A stretch of 64,000 nt of DNA from Antedon mediterranea (lineage: Eukaryota > Animalia > Echinodermata): NCBI RefSeq assembly GCF_964355755.1, contig NC_092677.1, positions 20,544,101 through 20,608,100 on the forward strand, given 5' to 3'. The notes under the pieces are model-generated. The model did no database searches. It had not been told where the DNA came from and saw only the letters and a list, made by a program, of their open reading frames with translations. Shown piece after piece: positions 37,452 to 50,774 of this stretch. The translations under genes were made by a program, and so were the position numbers. Each line of letters starts with the position of its first letter. Positions within the stretch are counted from its first letter, which is position 1.

Positions 37452-40400
37452 CATTAGAAACCGTTTTAGATCATTTTGAGCATTTCGTTAAAACTTTTCA
37501 CACAAAAACATCAAAGTCCACAAAATAGCTTAATATCGTATTCAAAAACGTTTTAGACCATTTTGAGCATTTCGAAAAAACTTTTTCACACAAAACATCA
37601 AAGTTTACAAAATAGCTTCAAATCGCAGTTGGAGACGTTTTAGACCATTTTGTGATTTTCGAAAAAACTTGTTAACATAAAAACACCAAAGTGCTCAGAT
37701 TACCTTCAAATCGCATTTTGAGACGTTTTAGACCATTTTGTGATTTTCGAAAAAACAACATAAAAACACCAAAGTGCTCAGAATACCTTCAAATCGCATT
37801 TGGAGACGTTTTAGACCATTTTGTGATTTTGGAAAAAACTTGTTAACATAAAAACACCAAAGTGCTCAGAATACCTTCAAATCGTATTTTGAGACGTTTT
37901 AGACAATTTTGTGATTTTCGAAAAAACTTGTTAACATAAAAACACCAAAGTGCTTAGAAAAGCTTCAAATCGCATTTGGAGACGTTTTAGACCATTTTGT
38001 GCATTTCGATGAAACTTGGTTACACAAAAACATCAAAGTGTACAGAATAGCTTCAAATCGCATTAGAAACCGTTTTAGACCATTTTGAGCATTTCGAAAA
38101 AACTTTTTCACACAAAACATCAAAGTGTACAAAATAGCTTCAAATCGCATTTGGAGACGTTTTAGACAATTTTGTGATTTTCGAAAAAACTTGTTTACAT
38201 AAAAACACCAAAGTGCTAAGAATAGCTTCCAATCGCATTTGGAGACGTTTTAGACCCTTTTGTGCATTTCGATGAAACTTGGTTACACAAAAACATCAAA
38301 GTGCTTAAAATCACATTAGGAACCGTTTTAGACCATTTTGAGCATTTCGTTACAATTTTTCACAGAAAAACATCAAAGAGCAAAAAATAGCTTAATATCG
38401 TATTTAAAAACGTTTTAGACCATTTTGAGCATTTCGACAAAACTTTTTCACACAAAACATCAAAGTGTACAGAATAGCTTAATATCGCATTTGGAGACGT
38501 TTTAACCCATTTTGAGCATTTCGATAAAATTTTACACACAAAAACATCAAAGTGCACAAAATAGCTTAATATGGTATTTAAAAACGTTTTAGAACATTTT
38601 GAGCATTTCAACAAAACTTTTTCTCACAAAACATCAAAGTGTACAGAATAGCTTCAAATCGCATTTGGAGACGTTTTAGACCATTTTGTGCATTTCGATG
38701 AAACTTGGTTACACAAAAACATCAAAGTGCTTAAAATCACATTTTGAGCATTTCGTTAAAACTTTTCACACAAAAACATCAAAGTCCACAAAATAGCTTA
38801 ATATCGTATTTAAAAACGTTTTAGACCATTTTGAGCATTTCGAAAAAACTTTTCCACACAAAACATCAAAGTTTACAAAATAGCTTCAAATCGCATTTGG
38901 AGACGTTTTAGACCATTTTGTGATTTTCGAAAAAACTTGTTAACATAAAAACACCAAAGTGCTCAGAATACCTTCAAATCGTGTTTTGAGACGTTTTAGA
39001 CCATTTTGTAATTTTCGAAAAAACTTGTTAACATAAAAACACCAAAGTGCTCAGAATACCTTCACATCGCATTTTGAGACGTTTTAGACCATTTTGTGAT
39101 TTTCGAAAAAACTTGTTAACATAAAAACACCAAAGTGCTTAGAAAAGCTTGAAATCGCATTTGGAGACGTTTTAGACCATTTTGTGCATTTCGATGAAAC
39201 TTGGTTAAAGTGCTTAAAATCACATTTTGAGCATTTCGTTAAAACTTTTCACACAAAAACATCAAAGAGTAAAAAATAGCTTAATATCGTATTTAAAAAC
39301 GTTTTAGACCATTTTGAGCATTTCGACAAAATTTTTTCACACAAAACATCAAAGTGTACAGAATAGCTTTAAATCGCATTTGGAGACGTTTTAGACCATT
39401 TTGTTCATTTCGATGAAACAAAAACACAAAAACATCAAATTGCACAAAATGGCTTAATATGATATGGGAAAACGTTTTAGACCATTTTGAACATTTCGTT
39501 AAAAGTTTTCACAAAAAAACATCAAAGTCCACAAAATAGCTTAATGTCGTATTTAAAAACGTTTTAGACCATTTTGAGCATTTCGAAAAAACTTTTTCAC
39601 ACAAAACATCAAAGTTTACAAAATAGCTTCAAATCGCATTTGGAGACGTTTTAGACCATTTTGTGATTTTCGAAAAAACTTGTTAACATAAAAACACCAA
39701 AGTGCTCAGAATACCTTCAAATCGCATTTTGAGACGTTTTAGACCATTTTGTGATTTTCGAAAAAACTTGTTAACATAAAAACACCAAAGTGCTCAGAAT
39801 ACCTTCAAATCGTGTTTTGAGACGTTTTAGACCATTTTGTGATTTTGGAAAAACTAGTTAACATAAAAACACCAAAGTGCTCAGAATACCTTCAAATCGC
39901 ATTTGGAGACGTTTTAGACCATTTTGTGATTTTCGAAAAAACTTGTTAACATAAAAACACCAAAGTGCTCAGAAAAGCTTCAAATCGCAATTGGAGACGT
40001 TTTAAACCATTTTGTTCATTTCGATGAAACTTGGTTACACAAAAACATCAAATTGCACAAAATGGCTTAATATGGTATGGGAAAACGTTTTAGACCATTT
40101 TGAACATTTCGAGAAAACTTTTTCACACAAAACTTCAAAGTGTACAGAATAGCTTCAAATCGCATTAGAAACCGTTTTAGATCATTTTGAGCATTTCGTT
40201 AAAACTTTTCACACAAAAACATCAAAGTCCACAAAATAGCTTAATATCGTATTCAAAAACGTTTTAGACCATTTTGAGCATTTCGAAAAAACTTTTTCAC
40301 ACAAAACATCAAAGTTTACAAAATAGCTTCAAATCGCAGTTGGAGACGTTTTAGACCATTTTGTGATTTTCGAAAAAACTTGTTAACATAAAAACACCAA

Positions 40401-42873
40401 AGTGCTCAGAATACCTTCAAATCGCATTTTGAGACGTTTTAGACCATTTTGTGATTTTCGAAAAAACAACATAAAAACACCAAAGTGCTCAGAATACCTT
40501 CAAATCGCATTTGGAGACGTTTTAGACCATTTTGTGATTTTGGAAAAAACTTGTTAACATAAAAACACCAAAGTGCTCAGAATACCTTCAAATCGTATTT
40601 TGAGACGTTTTAGACAATTTTGTGATTTTCGAAAAAACTTGTTAACATAAAAACACCAAAGTGCTTAGAAAAGCTTCAAATCGCATTTGGAGACGTTTTA
40701 GACCATTTTGTGCATTTCGATGAAACTTGGTTACACAAAAACATCAAAGTGTACAGAATAGCTTCAAATCGCATTAGAAACCGTTTTAGACCATTTTGAG
40801 CATTTCGAAAAAACTTTTTCACACAAAACATCAAAGTGTACAAAATAGCTTCAAATCGCATTTGGAGACGTTTTAGACAATTTTGTGATTTTCGAAAAAA
40901 CTTGTTTACATAAAAACACCAAAGTGCTAAGAATAGCTTCCAATCGCATTTGGAGACGTTTTAGACCCTTTTGTGCATTTCGATGAAACTTGGTTACACA
41001 AAAACATCAAAGTGCTTAAAATCACATTAGAAACCGTTTTAGACCATTTTGAGCATTTCGTTACAATTTTTCACAGAAAAACATCAAAGAGCAAAAAATA
41101 GCTTAATATCGTATTTAAAAACGTTTTAGACCATTTTGAGCATTTCGACAAAACTTTTTCACACAAAACATCAAAGTGTACAGAATAGCTTAATATCGCA
41201 TTTGGAGACGTTTTAACCCATTTTGAGCATTTCGATAAAATTTTACACACAAAAACATCAAAGTGCACAAAATAGCTTAATATGGTATTTAAAAACGTTT
41301 TAGAACATTTTGAGCATTTCAACAAAACTTTTTCTCACAAAACATCAAAGTGTACAGAATAGCTTCAAATCGCATTTGGAGACGTTTTAGACCATTTTGT
41401 GCATTTCGATGAAACTTGGTTACACAAAAACATCAAAGTGCTTAAAATCACATTTTGAGCATTTCGTTAAAACTTTTCACACAAAAACATCAAAGTCCAC
41501 AAAATAGCTTAATATCGTATTTAAAAACGTTTTAGACCATTTTGAGCATTTCGAAAAAACTTTTCCACACAAAACATCAAAGTTTACAAAATAGCTTCAA
41601 ATCGCATTTGGAGACGTTTTAGACCATTTTGTGATTTTCGAAAAAACTTGTTAACATAAAAACACCAAAGTGCTCAGAATACCTTCAAATCGTGTTTTGA
41701 GACGTTTTAGACCATTTTGTAATTTTCGAAAAAACTTGTTAACATAAAAACACCAAAGTGCTCAGAATACCTTCACATCGCATTTTGAGACGTTTTAGAC
41801 CATTTTGTGATTTTCGAAAAAACTTGTTAACATAAAAACACCAAAGTGCTTAGAAAAGCTTGAAATCGCATTTGGAGACGTTTTAGACCATTTTGTGCAT
41901 TTCGATGAAACTTGGTTAAAGTGCTTAAAATCACATTTTGAGCATTTCGTTAAAACTTTTCACACAAAAACATCAAAGAGTAAAAAATAGCTTAATATCG
42001 TATTTAAAAACGTTTTAGACCATTTTGAGCATTTCGACAAAATTTTTTCACACAAAACATCAAAGTGTACAGAATAGCTTTAAATCGCATTTGGAGACGT
42101 TTTAGACCATTTTGTTCATTTCGATGAAACAAAAACACAAAAACATCAAATTGCACAAAATGGCTTAATATGATATGGGAAAACGTTTTAGACCATTTTG
42201 AACATTTCGTTAAAAGTTTTCACAAAAAAACATCAAAGTCCACAAAATAGCTTAATATCGTATTTAAAAACGTTTTAGACCATTTTGAGCATTTCGAAAA
42301 AACTTTTTCACACAAAACATCAAAGTTTACAAAATAGCTTCAAATCGCATTTGGAGACGTTTTAGACCATTTTGTGATTTTCGAAAAAACTTGTTAACAT
42401 AAAAACACCAAAGTGCTCAGAATACCTTCAAATCGCATTTTGAGACGTTTTAGACCATTTTGTGATTTTCGAAAAAACTTGTTAACATAAAAACACCAAA
42501 GTGCTCAGAATACCTTCAAATCGTGTTTTGAGACGTTTTAGACCATTTTGTGATTTTGGAAAAACTAGTTAACATAAAAACACCAAAGTGCTCAGAATAC
42601 CTTCAAATCGCATTTGGAGACGTTTTAGACCATTTTGTGATTTTCGAAAAAACTTGTTAACATAAAAACACCAAAGTGCTCAGAAAAGCTTCAAATCGCA
42701 ATTGGAGACGTTTTAAACCATTTTGTTCATTTCGATGAAACTTGGTTACACAAAAACATCAAATTGCACAAAATGGCTTAATATGGTATGGGAAAACGTT
42801 TTAGACCATTTTGAACATTTCGAGAAAACTTTTTCACACAAAACTTCAAAGTGTACAGAATAGCTTCAAATCG
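37452..42873 (+). repeat. 2711-bp tandem duplication
   Basis: ORF pairs 37965/40676 and 38360/41071. Shared rare variants TTAGATCATT (37471/40182), CGCAGTTGG, AACTAGTT and the 45-bp monomer (39178/41889). Confidence 0.9.
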
Positions 42874-45800
42874 CATTAGAAACCGTTTTAGACCATTTTG
42901 AGCATTTCGAAAAAACTTTTTCACACAAAACATCAAAGTTTACAAAATAGCTTCAAATCGCATTTGGAGACGTTTTAGACCATTTTGTGATTTTCGAAAA
43001 AACTTGTTAACATAAAAACACCAAAGTGCTCAGAATACCTTCAAATCGCATTTTGAGACGTTTTAGACCATTTTGTGATTTTCGAAAAAACTTGTTAACA
43101 TAAAAATACCAAAGTGCTCAGAATACCTTCAAATCGTGTTTTGAGACGTTTTAGACCATTTTGTGATTTTCGAAAAAACCTGTTAACATAAAAACACCAA
43201 AGTGCTCAGAATACCTTCAAATCGCATTTGGAGACGTTTTAGACCATTTTGTGATTTTCGAAAAAACTTGTTAACATAAAAACACCAAAGTGCTCAGAAT
43301 ACCTTCAAATCGTGTTTTGAGACGTTTTAGACCATTTTGTGATTTTCGAAAAAACTTGTTAACATAAAAACACCAAAGTGCTCAGAATACCTTCAAATCG
43401 CATTTGGAGACGTTTTAGACCATTTTGTGATTTTCGTAAAAACTTGTTAACATAAAAACACCAAAGTGCTTAGAAAAGTTTCAAATCGCATTTGGAGACG
43501 TTTTAGACCATTTTGTTCATTTCGATGAAACTTGGTTACACAAAAACATCAAATTGCACAAAATGGCTTAATATGGTATGGGAAAACGTTTTAGACCATT
43601 TTGAACATTTCGAGAAAACTTTTTCACACAAAACTTCAAAGTGTACAGAATAGCTTCAAATCGCATTAGAAACCGTTTTAGACCATTTTGAGCATTTCGA
43701 AAAAACTTTTTCACACAAAACATCAAAGTTTACAAAATAGCTTCAAATCACATTTGGAGACGTTTTAGACCATTTTGTGATTTTCAAAAAAACTTGTTAA
43801 CATAAAAACACCCAAGTGCTCAGAATACCTTCAAATCGCATTTTGAGACGTTTTAGACCATTTTGTGATTTTCGGAAAAACTTGTTAACATAAAAACACC
43901 AAAGTGCTTAGAAAAGCTTCAAATCGCATTTGGAGACGTTTTAGACCATTTTGTAATTTTCGAAAAAACTTGTTAACATAAAAACACCAAAGTGCTCAGA
44001 ATACCTTCACATCGCATTTTGAGACGTTTTAGAGCATTTTGTGATTTTCGAAAAAACTTGTTAACATAAAAACACCAAAGTGCTTAGAAAAGCTTGAAAT
44101 CGCATTTGGAGACGTTTTAGACCATTTTGTGCATTTCGATGAAACTTGGTTACACAAAAACATCAAAGTGCTTAAAATCACATTTTGAGCATTTCGTTAA
44201 AACTTTTCACACAAAAACATCAAAGAGTAAAAAATAGCTTAATATCGTATTTAAAAACGTTTTAGACCATTTTGAGCATTTCGACAAAATTTTTTCACAC
44301 AAAACATCAAAGTTTACAAAATAGCTTCAAATCGCATTTGGAGACGTTTTAGACCATTTTGTGATTTTCGAAAAAACTTGTTAACATAAAAACACCAAAG
44401 TACTCAGAATACCTTCAAATCGCATTTTGAGACGTTTTAGACCATTTTGTGATTTTCGAAAAAACAACATAAAAACACCAAAGTACTCAGAATACCTTCA
44501 AATCGCATTTGGAGACGTTTTAGACCATTTTGTGATTTTCGAAAAAACTTGTTAACATAAAAACACCAAAGTGCTCAGAATACCTTCAAATCGTATTTTG
44601 AGACGTTTTAGACAATTTTGTGATTTTCGAAAAAACTTGTTAACATAAAAACACCAAAGTGCTTAGAAAATCTTCAAATCGCATTTGGAGACGTTTTAGA
44701 CCATTTTGTGCATTTCGATGAAACTTGGTTACACAAAAACATCAAAGTGTACAGAATAGCTTCAAATCGCATTAGAAACCGTTTTAGACCATTTTAAGCA
44801 TTTCGAAAAAACTTTTTCACACAAAACATCAAAGTGTACAAAATAGCTTCAAATCGCATTTGGAGACGTTTTAAACCATTTTGTTCATTTCGATGAAACT
44901 TGGTTACACAAAAACATCAAAGAGCACAAAAGTATTTAAAAACGTTTTAGACCATTTTGAGCATTCCGACAAAACTTTTTCACACAAAACATCAAAGTGT
45001 ACAGAATAGCTTTAAATCGCATTTGGAGACGTTTTAGACCATTTTGTAGTTTTCGAAAAAACTTGTTAACATAAAAACACAAAAGAGCTTCAAATCGCAT
45101 TTGGAGACGTTTTAGACCCTTTTGTGCATTTCGATGAAACTTGGTTACACAAAAACATCAAAGTGCTTAAAATCACATTAGAAACCGTTTTAGACCATTT
45201 TGAGCATTTCGTTAAAACTTTTCACACAAAAACATCAAAGTCCACAAAATAGCTTAATATCGTTTTTAAAAACGTTTTAGACCATTTTGAGCATTTCGAA
45301 AAAACTTTTCCACACAAAACATCAAAGTTTACAAAATAGCTTCAAATCGCATTTGGAGACGTTTTAGACCATTTTGTGATTTTCGAAAAAACTTGTTAAC
45401 ATAAAAACACCAAAGTGCTCAGAATACCTTCAAATCGTATTTTGAGACGTTTTCGACAATTTTGTGATTTTCGAAAAAACTTGTTAACATAAAAACACCA
45501 AAGTGCTTAGAAAAGCTTCAAATCGCATTTGGAGACGTTTTAGACCATTTTGTGCATTTCGATGAAACTTGGTTACACAAAAACATCAAAGTGCTTAAAA
45601 TCACATTTTGAGCATTTCGTTAAAACTTTTCACACAAAAACATCAAAGAGCAAAAAATAGCTTAATATCGTATTTAAAAACGTTTTAGACCATTTTGAGC
45701 ATTTCGAAAAAACTTTTTCACACAAAACATCAAAGTTTACAAAATAGCTTCAAATCGCATTTGGAGACGTTTTAGACCATTTTGTGATTTTCGAAAAAAC

Positions 45801-46159
45801 TTGTTAACATAAAAACACCAAAGTGCTCAGAAAAGCTTCAAATCGCATTTGGAGACGTTTTAAACCATTTTGTTCATTTCGATGAAACTTGGTTACACAA
45901 AAACATCAAAGAGCACAAAAGTATTTAAAAACGTTTTAGACCATTTTGAGCATTCCGACAAAACTTTTTCACACAAAACATCAAAGTGTACAGAATAGCT
46001 TTAAATCGCATTTGGAGACGTTTTAACCCATTTTGAGCATTTCGATAAAATTTTACAAACAAAAACATCAAAGTGCACAAAATAGCTTAATATGGTATTT
46101 AAAAACGTTTTAGACCATTTTGAGCATTTCAACAAAACTTTTTCTCACAAAACATCAAA

Positions 46160-49100
46160 GTGTACAGAATAGCTTCAAATCGCATTTGGAGACGTTTTAG
46201 ACCATTTTGTGCATTTCGATGAAACTTGGTTACACAAAAACATCAAAGTGCTTAAAATCACATTTTGAGCATTTCGTTAAAACTTTTCACACAAAAACAT
46301 CAAAGTCCACAAAATAGCTTAATATCGTATTTAAAAACGTTTTAGACCATTTTGAGCATTTCGAAAAAACTTTTCCACACAAAACATCAAAGTTTACAAA
46401 ATAGCTTCAAATCGCATTTGGAGACGTTTTAGACCATTTTGTGATTTTCGTAAAAACTTGTTAACATAAAAACACCAAAGTACTTAGAAAAGCTTCAAAT
46501 CGCATTTGGAGACGTTTTAGACCATTTTGTGCATTTCGATGAAACTTGGTTACACAAAAACATCAAAGTGCTTAAAATCACATTTTGAACATTTCGTTAA
46601 AAGTTTTCACACAAAAACATCAAAGAGTAAAAAATAGCTTAATATCGTATTTAAAAACGTTTTAGACCATTTTGAGCATTTCGAAAAAACTTTTCCACAC
46701 AAAACATCAAAGTTTACAAAATAGCTTCAAATCGCATTTGGAGACGTTTTAGACCATTTTGTGATTTTCGAAAAAACTTGTTAACATAAAAACACCAAAG
46801 TGCTCAGAATACCTTCAAATCGCATTTGGAGACGTTTTAGACCATTTTGTGATTTTCGAAAAAACTTGTTAACATAAAAACACCAAAGTGCTCAGAAAAG
46901 CTTCAAATCGCATTTGGAGACGTTTTAAACCATTTTGTTCATTTCGATGAAACTTGGTTACACAAAAACATCAAAGAGCACAAAAGTATTTAAAAACGTT
47001 TTAGACCATTTTGAGCATTCCGACAAAACTTTTTCACACAAAACTTCAAAGTGTACAGAATAGCTTTAAATCGCATTTGGAGACGTTTTAGACCATTTTG
47101 TAGTTTTCGAAAAAACTTGTTAACATAAAAACACAAAAGAGCTTCAAATCGCATTTGGAGACGTTTTAGACCCTTTTGTGCATTTCGATGAAACTTGGTT
47201 ACACAAAAACATCAAAGTGCTTAAAATCACATTAGAAACCGTTTTAGACCATTTTGAGCATTTCGTTAAAACTTTTCACACAAAAACATCAAAGTCCACA
47301 AAATAGCTTAATATCGTATTTAAAAACGTTTTAGACAATTTTGAGCATTTCGAAAAAACTTTTTCACACAAAACATCAAAGTTTACAAAATAGCTTCAAA
47401 TCGCATTTGGAGACGTTTTAGACCATTTTGTGATTTTCGAAAAAACTTGTTAACATAAAAACACCAAAGTGCTCAGAATACCTTCAAATCGCATTTTGAG
47501 ACGTTTTAGACCATTTTGTTCATTTCGATGAAACAAAAACACAAAAATATCAAATTGCACAAAATGGCTTAATATGATATGGGAAAACGTTTTAGACCAT
47601 TTTGAACATTTCGTTAAAAGTTTTCACACAAAAACATCAAAGTCCACAAAATAGCTTAATATCGTATTTAAAAACGTTTTAGACCATTTTGAGCATTTCG
47701 AAAAAACTTTTCCACACAAAACATCAAAGTTTACAAAAGAGCTTCAAATCGCATTTGGAGACGTTTTAGACCATTTTGTGATTTTCGAAAAAACTTGTTA
47801 ACATAAAAACACAAAAGTGTACAGAATAGCTTCAAATCGCATTTGGAGACGTTTTAGACCATTTTGTGCATTTCGATGAAACTTGGTTACACAAAAACAT
47901 CAAAGTGCTTAAAATCACATTTTGAGCATTTCGTTAAAACTTTTCACACCAAAACATCAAAGTCCACAAAATAGCTTAATATCGTATTTAAAAACGTTTT
48001 AGACCATTTTGAGCATTTCGAAAAAACTTTTCCACACAAAACATCAAAGTTTACAAAATAGCTTCAAATCGCATTTGGAGACGTTTTAGACCATTTTGTG
48101 ATTTTCGTAAAAACTTGTTAACATAAAAAAACCAAAGTGCTTAGAAAAGCTTCAAATCGCATTTGGAGACGTTTTAGACCATTTTGTGCATTTCGATGAA
48201 ACTTGGTTACACAAAAACATCAAAGTGCTTAAAATCACATTTTGAACATTTCGTTAAAAGTTTTCACACAAAAACATCAAAGAGTAAAAAATAGCTTAAT
48301 ATCGTATTTAAAAACGTTTTAGACCATTTTGAGCATTTCGAAAAAACTTTTCCACACAAAACATCAAAGTTTACAAAATAGCTTCAAATCGCATTTGGAG
48401 ACATTTTAGACCATTTTGTGATTTTCGAAAAAACTTGTTAACATAAAAACACCAAAGTGCTCAGAATACCTTCAAATCGCATTTAGAGACGTTTTAGACC
48501 ATTTTGTGATTTTCGAAAAAACTTGTTAACATAAAAACACCAAAGTGCTCAGAAAAGCTTCAAATCGCATTTGGAGACGTTTTAAACCATTTTGTTCATT
48601 TCGATGAAACTTGGTTACACAAAAACATCAAAGAGCACAAAAGTATTTAAAAACGTTTTAGACCATTTTGAGCATTCCGACAAAACTTTTTCACACAAAA
48701 CTTCAAAGTGTACAGAATAGCTTTAAATCGCATTTGGAGACGTTTTAGACCATTTTGTAGTTTTCGAAAAAACTTGTTAACATAAAAACACAAAAGAGCT
48801 TCAAATCGCATTTGGAGACGTTTTAGACCCTTTTGTGCATTTCGATGAAACTTGGTTACACAAAAACATCAAAGTGCTTAAAATCACATTAGAAACCGTT
48901 TTAGACCATTTTGAGCATTTCGTTAAAACTTTTCACACAAAAACATCAAAGTCCTCAAAATAGCTTAATATCGTATTTAAAAACGTTTTAGACAATTTTG
49001 AGCATTTCGAAAAAACTTTTTCACACAAAACATCAAAGTTTACAAAATAGCTTCAAATCGCATTTGGAGACGTTTTAGACCATTTTGTGATTTTCGAAAA

Positions 49101-49475
49101 AACTTGTTAACATAAAAACACCAAAGTGCTCAGAATACCTTCAAATCGCATTTTGAGACGTTTTAGACCATTTTGTTCATTTCGATGAAACAAAAACACA
49201 AAAACATCAAATATCACAAAATGGCTTAATATGATATGGGAAAACGTTTTAGACCATTTTGAACATTTCGTTAAAAGTTTTCACACAAAAACATCAAAGT
49301 CCACAAAATAGCTTAATATCGTATTTAAAAACGTTTTAGACCATTTTGAGCATTTCGAAAAAACTTTTCCACACAAAACATCAAAGTTTACAAAAGAGCT
49401 TCAAATCGCATTTGGAGACGTTTTAGACCATTTTGTGATTTTCGAAAAAACTTGTTAACATAAAAACACAAAAGT
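46160..49475 (+). repeat. 1657-bp tandem duplication (ends approximate)
   Basis: Rare variants TTACAAAAGAGC at 47731/49388 and AAACTTCAAAGTGTACAGAATAGCTTT at 47041/48698. Confidence 0.85.
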
Positions 49476-50774
49476 GCTCAGAATACCTTCAAATCGCATT
49501 TGGAGACGTTTTAGACCATTTTGTGATTTTCGAAAAAACTTGTTTACATAAAAACACGAAAGTGCTAAGAATAGCTTCCAATCGCATTTGGAGACGTTTT
49601 AGACCCTTTTGTGCATTTCGATGAAACTTGGTTACACAAAAACATCAAAGTGCTTAAAATCACATTAGAAACCGTTTTAGACCATTTTGAGCATTTCGTT
49701 AAAATTTTTCACAGAAAAACATCAAAGAGCAAAAAATAGCTTAATATCGTATTTAAAAACGTTTTAGACCATTTTGAGCATTTCGACAAAACTTTTTCAC
49801 ACAAAATATCAAAGTGTACAGAATAGCTTCAAATCGCATTTTGAGACGTTTTAACCCATTTTGAGCATTTCGATAAAATTTTACACACAAAAACATCAAA
49901 GTGCACAAAATAGCTTAATATGGTATTTAAAAACGTTTTAGACCATTTTGAGCAATTCAACAAAACTTTTTCTCACAAAACATCAAAGTGTACAGAATAG
50001 CTTCAAATCGCATTTGGAGACGTTTTAGACCATTTTGTGCATTTCGATGAAACTTGGTTACACAAAAACATCAAAGTGCTTAAAATCACATTTTGAGCAT
50101 TTCGTTAAAACTTTTCACACAAAAACATCAAAGTCCACAAAATAGCTTAATATCGTATTTAAAAACGTTTTAGACCATTTTGAGCATTTCGAAAAAACTT
50201 TTCCACACAAAACATCAAAGTTTACAAAATAGCTTCAAATCGCATTTGGAGACGTTTTAGACCATTTTGTGATTTTCGAAAAAACTTGTTAACATAAAAA
50301 CACCAAAGTGCTCAGAATACCTTCAAATCGCATTTGGAGACGTTTTAGACCCTTTTGTGCATTTCGATGAAACTTGGTTACACAAAAACATCAAAGTGCT
50401 TAAAATCACATTAGAAACCGTTTTAGACCATTTTGAGCATTTCGTTAAAATTTGTCACAGAAAAACATCAAAGAGCAAAAAATATCTTAATATCGTATTT
50501 AAAAACGTTTTAGACCATTTTGAGCATTTCGACAAAACTTTTTCACACAAAACATCAAAGTGTACAAAATAGCTTCAAATCGCATTTGGAGACGTTTTAA
50601 CCCATTTTGAGCATTTCGATAAAATTTTACACACAAAAACATCAAAGTGCACAAAATAGCTTAATATGGTATTTAAAAACGTTTTAGACCATTTTGAGCA
50701 TTTCAACAAAACTTTTTCTCACAAAACATCAAAGTGTACAGAATAGCTTCAAATCGCATTTGGAGACGTTTTAG

